A stretch of DNA of 64,000 bases from Nemertoderma westbladi (lineage: Eukaryota > Animalia > Xenacoelomorpha). Numbering within the stretch: the first letter of the stretch is position 1; each line of letters opens with the position of its first letter. The position numbers and the translations under genes were made by a program. The stretch is taken from assembly GCA_032718475.1 (NCBI GenBank), contig JAUCBJ010008277.1:1-64000 (forward strand). The letters are read 5' to 3'. Positions 13,451 through 26,700 of the stretch are shown piece by piece. Under the pieces are notes generated by a model. It was given only the letters and a program-made list of their open reading frames with translations. It ran no database searches and had not been told where the DNA came from.

Positions 13451-14529
13451 AGCAGTAGTATTTTTTTCTGGCAGGTGTTGTAAAACCTCTTTAAGATCTT
13501 CTTTAGCGTTCTCAAACTTTGTTGATCTTTTCAACTGTTGCAATATTTACTTTGTACTAGTTTGTTGTCCTATCCCCTACCTGTACAAGCGGCTTTACCG
13601 CTGTTGGTTGGTTACTTTCTACTGTACCGACCTTGATTGTCTCTGTCAGCATCGCACGCCGTTGGTTGATTACCCTGCGTACACGTACAGTACAACATTA
13701 TTTACATACGGTACTATAGCTCTGAGGACCCTGACCCGCATTTGTATTTCAAATCAATTAAATACACGTACTTCTTTAACATACAGTACATCCCTTCTTA
13801 TCATGATCGTAATCGTGATTGTAATCGAATGGTACATATACTGTATATTGGGATGGGGAATAATATACCTACCGCCTACCGGTACAGTTACAGTATGTCA
13901 ATTTTTGTTTTAAATTATAAATTCTTAAATACCACAAACTGAGTCTGTGAATATGGCGACTGCCTGACTGCTAGAGGTCTATAACTACGGGTACCTAATT
14001 TCTGTAAGTGGCCCTCAAGCTGAAACGAGATTGGGTCCGTGTCAGACCAGCCAGCAGACTGTTGCCAGGTGCAGGTGCCAGGTTGTGTACTATTAGCTGA
14101 TTAGGCTAATTGCCAATTTAAACACCTGAAACACTGAACACCGTACTACCGCCTGGTCTCTGGGTCTGCAGGTTGTGTTGTGTGATATTAATTGTAGGCT
14201 ATTAATTGCCGATTAATTAACTGTACTGCCGCCAGGTTGTATTGTGTACTATTGCTTTATTGTAGGCTGGTAGGTGTAGGCTAATTCAGTAATTCAGTAA
14301 TTGCCAATCTAAACACCGTACAGCCGTACTGACTGACAGACTGACTGACGTCTGGACGTATGTATACCTGTATAACGGTAGGCCTAGGCCTGCGTAGTAC
14401 ATGTAGTATAATATTATGTTACCGGTATTCAGGCAGAAAGGTACCGGTATATGATGATTAAGCCTACTGGATTATGAAATTTTTATTGGAGATAAGCGAT
14501 AATCAGATAATCGCTAATGCTGCCCTGCA

Positions 14530-14759
14530 ATGACTGAGAAATTAAACCAAGAAGATGATTCGCTAACCATTGATGAGAAATGGTTTGAAATTACTCATCA
14601 GATTTCTAAAATCAATTCTAAAACGCTTATAGGCCCCCTGCTTCAAAGTGCAACGGAAGCGAAGAGGAAGATTGATGAAAAACGTTCTTCTGGTCCGTTG
14701 GCTTTTATGTTTAATCGGCGAAAGCCGAGCAACAGCAAAGATGGGGATATTAAATTAAG
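14530..14759 (+). CDS. RASSF exon 1 (putative first coding exon)
   Basis: ATG-initiated ORF ending at AG|GTAGGC, phase 2, compatible with the C1 exon. The sequence itself has no recognisable homology. Confidence 0.65.
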
Positions 14760-17700
14760 GTAGGCCTACCGGCAGATCAGCTAGGTTCCAGGCTACAGAG
14801 CTAAGCCTGTAGGCAGCTAGGTTCCTACACTGCAGTACTGTGCCTAGCAGCCTAGCTTGGTCCCGCTGTTCAGAGTAGCTGGGTAGGCGGGTAGCTGCCA
14901 AGGCAGCAAGGTAAAGTAGAGCCAGTATAAAGGTAAATCATTTAATTCCGTGCTGCTGTACTGTAATTAATAAAGACCACAAAAGTATTTCTTTGATTTT
15001 TAAGGAATTTACCGGTACAATAAACTGAATAAAAGTTTTCTATAAAATTTTTTTATGATGCTTTTCAATATAATAGTATTAATTATTAAACAAAATACGC
15101 AAATACCTCATTTTATATATTATTTGTAAATACCTACCGGCATAGCTGCATAGTTAGTTCCACTTCGCCTGTAGTTACTGTACTTCGTCTTTGTTTTAAT
15201 TAAATGGCTGGCCCAACAATTTTTCTACAAATCGCAATGCGATTGAATGGCATTTTAAATATAGTTAGTTTGATATCTCTACTTCTTACTGGATGAGTTA
15301 CAATGTTTATTTTCGGCTTCGATCTCTAGCTCTCAGTCTCACCCAGTCACAGACTCACAGCCGCCGTACATTGTCTACAAAAAATTTTAAAAAAGAAATA
15401 AAAATAATATTGGTGGTCTTAAGGGTTTTCATAAAATGTTGTTTCTTTTGAATACCTATGTGTTCCATGTGAAAATAAAATCCTGTATTCAGATATTACT
15501 TACCGTAATTCGGGGTGACCTGATACATTGAGGTGACTTGATACAGCAAGTTATACTTTTTTTCTTTAACGGATTGTGGGTAATTGCGTGATGTTATGAT
15601 AAAAATTGAAATATTAGAAGATGTCTGAATAAATTGTCTATGAAATAGTAAAATAAATTTTGTCATTGCTTTGCATTTGTGATCACTAGAGCCCAAAATG
15701 CATTTTTCAAAAATTCACTTTTTTTTTATGTCAAAATATAGGTCGAATTTTTGACACTTTGGGTTAATGTTGTTCAAAAATTATTTTTACAGATGCTAAT
15801 AGATGAGTTTGAATATTATGATCCTAAAAAAATTTACAAATTTTCATATGAATTGTAGGTGGAGTGCCCGTTTTTTGAATGTGTATCTTAAAATGGGGTG
15901 ACTTGATACATATATACGGTATATTGTAGGCGAAAATGTTCTGATACCTGTGACTTAAACGTTGATTTGGCAAAATTCAGAAATTTGTGCTTAAATTCAT
16001 TGATTTAGTTTGCAGTTTTTTCTAAAATGTTTTGTCTTATTTACTGGTGTCAGGATGTCACTATGCAATGAAGGTCTTTTTCGTTTTTAAAGTGCAATTT
16101 AACTTGTTAAATATGAAATATTTTGCCATAAAAAATGGAGTTATTTTTAATTTTAGCTATAATTTTATATCCCCGTTAGGTGGGGACTTCGTTCTTTTTT
16201 TAAAATTTCCAAGATGTATCAAGTCACCCCCACAGCCTACAACATGATCCAAACTCATTCACAGAGTGGTATTATTGCGGAAAATTTGCTTGTGTATCAA
16301 GTCACCCCGTTATGTGGGGTGACTTGATACAGCTGGTTTTTAAGAAAAAAACACCACTAGACTAAGCACCTGAAATAGTGCTTTAGTCTAGTGGTGTAGT
16401 AGTAGTACTCATCCCGACTATAAAATTTTCTTTTTATTCCATCTGTGGAGGATAAAAACTTCAGAAGATTCAGAAGAACTTCACAGTTAAAGGCAAAATC
16501 TGTATGAAGTCACCCCGAATTACGGTATAATATATTATATTATTATTATTTATAATTTATTCAGATATTCTTCTATTTTATTTACAGCACTCTGCCACGG
16601 AGTTCCCATAGGAACCATACATTCCAACTGACCTCATTAAGTCCCCCCTCGTTCTGCGATCACTGTGGAGAGTTTATTTGGGGTCTCACATCCAAGTGTC
16701 TGCGTTGTAAAGGTAAGTTTATTGGGGAGATTTTATGGGGAGACCATAAAGAGTGAAAATTTAGCAACCAAGAACAATCTTTTTTATTTTAAGATGATGA
16801 TTCGAAGTATGGTATGGTGCACAAGAACTATATAATGTTGGTTATGTAAGGAGGGTTGTTGTGTGAGGGATTGCTTTCCTCTTGCCACTATCACAATGTA
16901 TTAGTCACACCTTGGTGTATATAGAGGTTGCATTAAATTCACATCTCTCCGGAGGTCGTGGGTTCGATCCCGACATGGGGACCAGGGCAGTTTTCGTTTC
17001 GGCACGAATGCTTTTAAAGGGACTAGCCAGGGTGCTTCTCTGCCTTGCATCCTTAAGTGGTAGCTAAATGAGTGCCAGTTTCTTATGGGGTGTACAAGTT
17101 CTGGCGGGACCGCACTGGTAATAAGTCGTCAGACTTTGTGCGTAATCCCCGGCCTAATGGTCGAAGAAAATTAACTTTTACTTTAATGGGGTGCTGGATG
17201 TAGCAGATAGACGGCAATCCGAGGTTATGGGTGCAAAGTACCTCAATCACAGTAATACTATATTTATCAAGTTATGCGATATGGTTGATAATCTGGGGGA
17301 ACTGAAATTCGGGTTACTGAATTAGTAAATTATTTTCAATGACAGTAGTGCTAAATATAGATCGACTTTAAATGGAGCTCAGTTAGTAAAAAACGGTGTC
17401 GAACTATCCCATGGAACATTTTGTAGAATTAATTTGAAAAGGTAAGGGGTGGGGTGGGCTGGGGGTAGACTTGCTAAACACGTTATTATATTAAGGATAT
17501 CTTCCTGAGATATCTCAGAAAGTGTCTTATTAGTATCTCTCAAGATCAACCTCATCAGAAAACATTGCCAAGTCTCAGTAACAATAACTTTTTCTGTGAA
17601 TGGTTTAATTGTCTTGGCGGAGGACGTGGATGTAATTCATTTGTTAAAGGAAACTGATATCGACTCGGCCACTGAGATTCTGACTGAATCCACTGCCATA

Positions 17701-20700
17701 GCAGCTCAATGCGGCGGAAGAAGAAATCTGAATCTCTGAATCTGACACTCGTGCTGTGTAAAACAAACAAACTGAGGTAACGCCGTGGACTCTTCTAGAG
17801 GATTATAAACCACCAACTGTGGCACAAATTTCCACAGAGAGACTGGAGGAACATTTCACAGCGCTGTTGAGTCAGGAAGATGTTGTCAGAAATACTATAC
17901 CAGAAATAACACAAAGACAGTGTGCGGAACAGACTTGGTATAACGAGCCGATCTCTGCAAAGCAAATGCAAACATTTTTTTTTTTTTTTTTTTCTTCCGT
18001 GGATCATAAGGCAAGTGGACCCTACACTACAGAGTCTACAGTGGAAACAATCGATATGGGTATTGATGTCGATTTTATTGCTTCATTTAATACCTGCGTA
18101 AACATTGCTCGAGTTCCATCCGCGATGGGCTGGGCAACGAGTATTAATAAAATTATAAACAAAGAGAAGTGAGTTAAATTAATTCCAGATAACTATAGAG
18201 GAATTAATTGCCTTGATTAGCATATTCTTAAAAACTCTAACAAAATTATTAACAGGAGACTGAGAAATTACATTTATTGGTCTTGAAACCATGCATTGAA
18301 GCAGTTGACATCATATTACTTACAAACGTCTACTCCAGCTGAAAGAACAAGAGTAATTTATATTTTATATATCGACTATAGGAAATCAATTTGGAATAGA
18401 ATGGTAAATATTTGATCTGATTAAATCCATTCTTAGGAACTTTGTAAAGATCTATGATGGCATGAAATTATCAAATCCGATTGAGCACCTAAGAGGCATT
18501 CTCCAGGGGATTCTTCTTCACCGAGCTAGTGGAGATAACTAATAGCTATGAATACCTTAATGTAACATTACAACCTCTTTCACTAAACATATAAATCGTA
18601 AAAAATATAAAGCTATAGGGTGCCTCAAAAGTCTACAGCGAGTCTCAATAGACACGGGTATGAAAATATTTCAAATGAAAATTGACCCAATAATGGTGAT
18701 TTTACGCCTTCAATGAGATTAGAATATATTTTACACCGTGTCAACTCAATGAAATAGATAAAATCAAAGGATCCTACATAAAGAAACTTCTAGGCCTTCA
18801 TGAGAATGCTTCAACAACACTTTATCTTCAAATTATTGGCACAGCAACACCTAGTATCTCGATTTGCCACCCATGGTTTCCACCACCTTGTGTGCAGGAA
18901 TCTAACATCTTTCCACAACATTGGAGTGGACTGTATCTGCAGCTTCTGCGGAAATAGCGCGGCAGATCGATGCCATGCAAACCCATGCTTGAAATCTCCC
19001 CATTTAAGTGTTCTCGGTGGGAAACAGACTGAACTAATTACCATTTTATTATATAATATATTTTTTTCTTTTATTCAGTCTCAACATTTTATTGCTTTTA
19101 TTATTGTTTTTATTTATTATTGGGTTTATTATTGTTTTTTACTATTGTCTAAATATGTAGCGCCTACTTCTTTTGATAATGAACAATACATTATATCGGT
19201 TATTTTGACACATACGCTTGAAACTTAGAGCGACTGTATACGGTTAGCAGGAATTAAGATGCCGTACGTACATCCCTGAACCATCGTGATTAATAATCGC
19301 TATCGCTGCTGGATCTGACGCGTTCGTGCCTCTTGTAGGAGGTTGATGCGTTTCGGCGGTACACCAAGGGTGGGTAGTCGGGGTCATATGCCGTGCATTT
19401 ATCCTTCGTCGGTGGCAGTAAGGGTTGTCTTATTGGGTGCGGGTGCGGGCATCGGTACCTAGCGTCCCTGGCGCACCACTCTCCACCCCCACCACCCCCT
19501 CCGTACCCGGCACCACCGTACCCGCCACCACCCCCTCCGTACCTGCCACCACCCCCTCCATACCCGCCACCACCCCCTCCATACCCGCCACCACCCCCTC
19601 CATACCCCCCACCACCCCCTCCGTACCCCCCACCACACCCCACCCCCGGACACCCCCACTGACACTCCGGATCCCACCCACAGTGCTCGCACGGCGGCCG
19701 CACCCCGGCGTCTCTCTCGTCGTACCACGTCGACTCGTCCCGGAGTGCCGTGGGCGGGGCGCTATCGTACGCCGTGGCTTGGTTACGCACGACGCGCGGA
19801 GCCGGGGCCGGTGTGTGCGTAGCTTTATCAGTTGTAAATATCGGTGGCCCTGTAATGGGACCCCCATCGTCATAGTAACTCGTAGCGAAGTCACGTTTCT
19901 CTGGTTTCTTTCTTTCCTTTCTCTTCCGTTTCTTCTCTTTTGCCACCGGGCAGCAGCTGGGGCACGTACTGTCGCAATGGTGGTAGCGCGATGTGTTACA
20001 ATGCCTCGAATCGTCGTAGTGACAAGGGTGGGTTGAACCGGCAGGGTGTAAGTGACTATGCATGAGATCCACACCAGCGCATCCATTCCTACATACACCA
20101 GCACATCCAGTCTTACAGACACCTTGGTTGCAACCGGAAGCCATGCACCCCTCCATACAGACTCCCGGATTACATGCGGAAGCTACGCATCCATTCCTAT
20201 AGATCACTGGGTTACACCCAGGTGGAATGTATTCTATCCTACCGTTACCGCAGCCACCCGTGTTACACCAAGGATGGGCCATCTTGGGTTCCCCCCAGAC
20301 CATATATCGTTTCGATCGCGCTACCAATGGATTCTTTTTAGCTACCAACGCCACCCCTGGTTGTTGAGAATCCTGCTTAGCGACTACTGAACTCGTTGGC
20401 GTCTCTCTTGTTACCATAGCAACGTTGGGGTTTAGATCGGTGACAGTGCAGCGACTTCGGCAGTCGTCCTCCACTACTATTGGAGTGGGTCGGACATTGG
20501 TCATACGAACGGTGGGGCGGTATACGGTTGGTTCATATTCGGCCAATGGGATCGCTTGTGGAGGTTCATTAGGAAGTGTTATTGGCTGCGTTATTGCCGT
20601 TGCTACGGGTTGCGTCGCACCGATTGGTTCACAGGCCCTTGGGCGTATACGATCGCTGAATCGAGTCCACAACCTCGGTTGAGGCGTTTCCGGCGGTAAT

Positions 20701-23700
20701 CCGACGTACACAGCATCACCCTGCGGCATCACCAACGACTACGTCACGGCAGAAGAAACCTCTACATCGAGGGTAAACATTTATATTTGGTTACATGGAC
20801 GACAATAAACCTTTAGTTAACACTTATACATATACACCATGACCCGAAATATAATATAATTGCATTTAAATTACTTTTTAGCACCATTATATGCTATATC
20901 ACACTATGCACCTATAAAAGCACCTATAAAAATGCTAGCTACATATTAAAGAACAAATTAATTAATTAAACTAAAAAACACTTTGTTTGGAAAAAAAAAG
21001 TTAATACAAAGTAACACATAAGTATTATTTTTACAAAATGCTATCTACCATTACAATAATTATTACTACCATTATAAATTTTTATAAAATAAATGATGTT
21101 CTGAAAATTAATCAAATTGAAAGAAGGTAATTTTACAATAAATTACATTTTTTAAGAGGAGGGTTGTGAGTTTGTGCGGACAGCACAGACCATGGTAATT
21201 TGGGGTCCGTGTCATCCAAGTATAACCTGTTATTGCGAGTCATGGTGTATATTATTCGATAAGATAAATACCTAGCTACACAATTTACTGCTATTTATTC
21301 CAGAACTAACATTGTAGGTTTTATATGTGAGTTACTCTTACTAGGTTGTTTTTATGCAGTCGAGCAAAGCGAAGGTGACCGGCGGGCGAAGTTGTATTAA
21401 GTGATTTTTGGGACTCTGATCGCCCGGTTGAACTTATTTTTAGATGAAGGTGTCCCACTGATGGAGGTCACCAGCGGAGGAAGATGATAAAGATAGACAC
21501 CTCGGCTCGGACGCAACCCGGAGTCTCTGGCTCGGACGCAACCTGTACTGTAACCTGTAATGGTAACAGCGCTACACCTACACTAACTTCCAAGGAACAC
21601 TCCATATCTATCACACCCATTTTTTGCGTTAAGCACTAATGAGTCTTTCATATGGAAACAACAATGCTATTTTATACAGCCTTAACTTTATTTGAACCTC
21701 AGCTGTTATACACTATTGCGAAAGCACTTTTTTACCCCCCCCCCCCCCCCCCCCCCCCCCACCCAAACACAAAAAAACTGTCTCACGTCATGTCCCATGG
21801 TTCTTTATATCTTATAAAATTGCATTGTCTCATTAAATTTAGAACATCTCAGCCAATTTTGTTCTGATCTTAATTTTTCATATTTTTTTTTCTTCGCCTG
21901 CTGCGTCAGTCTTTAATTAAGGCTTATTCCATAGTGGTGGTCATATCTCATGGAACATATTTATATGGAGCTGGAGTATTATTGGTTGACAGCTAGACAA
22001 CATGTTTTATTACCTTCACTTACCAACTCAGCTGTGTTGTCTGGCTAATCCCACCACTTATCTTCTCTTTTCACTCATTCTTTAATATTATATCTCACAT
22101 CAATATTGATGGGACGTTAAATGTAAATTTGAATATACTTCATACATAATGATGGTACACATTCGCCACTACTATATTAATTTAAATATTTTATTTTACT
22201 GGAAAATATATATTGGTTGTTTAGGGGTAACTTCTACCTGACCTGCACCATCCACCCACAGTACAATTCACTTAGTCAGGTTTATATGTAACTATAGGAT
22301 TTAATTCAAGCAAATAACCAATATCCGGTGTTCTTTATAATAAGGAACTTACAATAAGCTCTACAATATGGACTGGTAGTGGCAATAATGACATTACTAT
22401 ACAAGTAGACTACCAATATATTTTGGAGTTTAGGTTTTCTGTGAGATAGTTTTATTTATGTTCATTGAAAATTTAATTAGTGAGACACACTAAAAAATTT
22501 ACATAAAATAGTTAAATATTATTATCAATCGATATTATTAATCGTTATTTTTTTACGGAACCCGTAAAAAACGCGGAGCTACAACTTGGATGCGGTAGCC
22601 GCATCCAAGGGTGTTTTCGGGGTGTGCCGGCGTGTGGTTCGACTTCGACGGGAGAAACCATCTATTATTAAATTCCATAAACCTTGATTACCTTTCAATA
22701 TGCCATTATTAAGGAAGTCGTCTCGCAGTCGATTGGTTAAACATTCTGTGATTCAAGAGGCTGATAATAGTATTAGTTGCCTAGACGATGATGGATGGCT
22801 AACACGTTTAAGGAGCCATCATCTATTCCACTCTCCTATTGGTCGTTTACATAATATTTCATCGCCCGAGATTGGGGGAAGCGGACTTTCACTATTGGAT
22901 GAGTATTTGTTTGAAGCTAATCAATTAGATAAGATAACGAATATGCAAAGGCATGAAGGATACTAAACACATGCAGATGCATAAAGCACAACACGTCACT
23001 CTTATTCAATCGATATTCCCAGAAAATTGTAGGTGGTGTGTACTAGAGGGACCTACTTGCCTGCTCAATGGTAGGGAATTCCCTTGTTGCGGTGTAAGTG
23101 TAGTGTACCGTACCATGGCATAAATAGTATTTATTGAGGAACATGGGGTGGAATCGAATTAAGTGTGTCCTGACAAAGTGCAGGTTGATGGTGATTGGTT
23201 GCTGTGAGTGCGTTTGTCATATATGAAAGTATGAGACTCTTTCCTGTAAAGTATAACAGGGATGTACTGTACATTCTCGTCATAATATAGACATAATGGC
23301 GCAAAGGCTTATTTATTAACTGTATTATAATCATTGTATTAGAATTGTGTACAAATCACTGTTTACTTTTTCTTATTATATTGAAAAATTATGTAAAAAA
23401 TATTAGTACTTTTACTGTTATTTTTTATAAACATAGTTAAGAAAACTACTTTAAGATGTGAAAATAAAAAAATTTACAATAGCCTGAGACTGCGCTGTCT
23501 GCGGAATTATTATAATGGCAAAATTATATCGTAATATTTCATTGGCCAGTTTGAATAATTACATTATTTTGGCTCTATGATGTGTTGAGTGAGTGTGGGT
23601 GCGTGTCTCAGTATCTCAGTATCCATCATGCCTTGTATATCGAATAGTAGTTCCGACTCAAGCGGAGGTAACATCTCTTGTTTCGGTCGTTCCTCTGAAT

Positions 23701-26700
23701 CCCGCGAAGTTTCCAGGAAACACCCTCATTCCCCGACCCTTCTCGTCAAACATCGCCCCGCTCGGGTCGCAGCCAATAGGGAACAGTTGAAGCAACATCT
23801 GTTGAGCTGGAGAGCCGATATTGACCAATGGGATGGTGACTTCAATACCAGTTGGGAGGAAGTGTTGGAGAAACACGATAAACTTTGTAGTGTTAATAAA
23901 TCCAAAACTCATCCCGATCTTAGTGATGAACTAGTTACAGCCAACAATGAGAAAACACTTTTTGTTAACGAATTCAAGATTTATCCTGACATTGATAATG
24001 CAATTGTTAAGAATATATCGAACGGCGATTTCGTAAAAGATGTGGGAATGTGTGACAATTCGAAAGTTCTACATGAACAGGCTCAGAAAGATAAAACTGA
24101 TAGTTTCTCTGTAATTGTTAGTGGAGAAGATAATGATGATATTAGCAGTGATGCGCGCTATAAGGAAGCTCTTCTAGCTCTACGTGTCCTAGAGGACAAT
24201 GACAACGTGGTTGGAACGGAGATGCACACTCTCCCGAAAAGACGTCATTCAGATACAGTCGCGAACCAGTGCCATACCGGTTTGTTTATGTGGCATATTT
24301 ATTTATTGTTATTACTATTTATGGCGCTTAATTAATTATATTTTAAAATTTCAACACTTTGGTCAGTTTTGATTATACTGTAGTGTCATACTGCGCTGGT
24401 ATTCATGTTCAGTTGGGTTTTGCTTGCTTACATAATGAAAAGTTAACAGTAGTTAGTAATAATTGTGTTTGATATCACCTAACATTCTAGCATCTATTAG
24501 GGATTCTTCATATATAAAATTCCAGTAGAATTTCGACCGAAAAGTGAAATCCTGGTATTCTTCACATGGGCGAATTAATGGGTTGTGTTGTTGTTTTGCT
24601 AATAAAGTGTAGATACTTTTCACTTTTCACTTGTGTAGATAGGAACCTAGCATACACGAAGTAGGCGAGCTTTATCAAACAATAAGGAACCTAGCATACA
24701 CGAAGTAGGCGAGCTTTATCAAACAATAAGGAACCTAGCAGAAAAGGGAGTAGGCGAGCTTTATCAAACAATAAGGAACCTAGCATACACGAAGTAGGCG
24801 AGCTTTATCAAACAATAAGGAACCTAGCATACACGAAGTAGGCGAGCTTTATCAAACAATAAGGAACCTAGCATACACGAAGTAGGCGAGCTTTATCAAA
24901 CAATAAGGAACCTAGCATACACGAAGTAGGCGAGCTTTATCAAACAATAAGGAACCTAGCAGAAAAGGGAGTAGGCGAGCTTTATCAAACAATAAGGAAC
25001 CTAGCAGAAAAGGGAGTAGGCGAGCTTTATCAAACAATAAGGAACCTAGCATACACGAAGTAGGCGAGCTTTATCAAACAATAAGGAACCTAGCATACAC
25101 GAAGTAGGCGAGCTTTATCAAACAATAAGGAACCTAGCATACACGAAGTAGGCGAGCTTTATCAAACAATAAGGAACCTAGCATACACGAAGTAGGCGAG
25201 CTTTATCAAACAATAAGGAACCTAGCATACACGAAGTAGGCGAGCTTTATCAAACAATAAGGAACCTAGCAGAAAAGGGAGTAGGCGAGCTTTATCAAAC
25301 AATAAGGAACCTAGCATACACGAAGTAGGCGAGCTTTATCAAACAATAAGGAACCTAGCATACACGAAGTAGGCGAGCTTTATCAAACAATAAGGAACCT
25401 AGCATACACGAAGTAGGCGAGCTTTATCAAACAATAAGGAACCTAGCATACACGAAGTAGGCGAGCTTTATCAAACAATAAGGAACCTAGCATACACGAA
25501 GTAGGCGAGCTGTATCAAACAATAAGGAACCTAGCATACACGAAGTAGGCGAGCTTTATCAAACAATAAGGAACCTAGCATACACGAAGTAGGCGAGCTT
25601 TATCAAACAATAAGGAACCTAGCATACACGAAGTAGGCGAGCTTTATCAAACAATAAGGAACCTAGCATACACGAAGTAGGCGAGCTTTTTCAAACAATA
25701 CATTTTAGATTTTTATAAACATTGTCTATAGTAAAACTTGGGTCATGCACTACGAAGCCCAATCTTAACGATATTCGTAATTCTCAACATGACTGTTTTG
25801 TTTGCTAAGGCTCACTATCACTAACTTGTTCGGCCCACATTGCAAAATCCAACCCCATAGAAAGCTATGATGCGATACGTTTATGAGAGTATCTATTAAA
25901 GCAGTTATTGCAGTTAATGCAGTTATTTATTAAACAAGTTGGGGGGGGGGGGGGGGGGGGGGGGGGGTGGGTTTGGGTTATTTTATTATTGTGTCAAACT
26001 AATTGTTGTACTTCTGGGAGGCAATTTGTAAAATCAAATCGATTTTATGGTAATTGTGGTAAACATTGCGATTCCTTTTAGTATAAATTTGTCTCAAGGA
26101 GTTTCTATTTTCTTATTTTCTAGAATGTAACTTTACGTGCCATCAGCGATGCCGACCCAAAGTCACTCTGGAATGCTCGCCAGACACATCCCCATCAGAA
26201 GAGACGCCCCCTAACGCCATCGACGGGAATTCGATCGGTAAACAACCGCTTTCCGCTGCTCACGTCTCTGGGTTGAGTCGTCAACGCATCCTAACTGGCA
26301 GTAAATCTCTCAGGAGTCAATCCCTCAATGGGCTGTCCAACCGCGATTTCGTAGTCGTTAATGTGAGTTTATTTTCTACTTCACGTTAATTAAAGCGAAG
26401 CTTTTTGGCCTAAATTTGTGACAGTAACATTCCGCTGCGCATCCTCTGCTCAGGTACCTTGTGATGAACACCAATAATGTTACTATTTTTATTTTACGAT
26501 CTATTTATCTGAAGTTTCAAATTGGTTTGTATTAAATAGTTTAGAAATTGTATAATATATTCACGACATGAAAGTCATATGCATATTTGAATATCAGCAG
26601 TAGCCGGCCAAAATATACAACACTTACACATATACAACATCTTGCATAATTATATAATCTTACATAATAATAATTAACCTATTCAGATAGTCGCTGTTTA

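Noticed and set aside
16950-16985. tRNA gene
   Set aside because: Only a B-box/T-arm is present, followed by SINE body; no cloverleaf.
19393-19662. (PPPPPPY)n ORF resembling WW-domain ligands
   Set aside because: Antisense shadow of the (GGGGGGY)n tract of the longer minus-strand ORF.
24641-25700. CRISPR-like appearance (constant repeat with a variable block)
   Set aside because: Only two short block variants rather than unique spacers, no cas genes, and a eukaryotic intronic context.
25941-25972. Long poly-G run (also poly-C at ~21735, 34264, 40957 and 4519)
   Set aside because: Homopolymer lengths are unreliable in assemblies and there is no supporting context.
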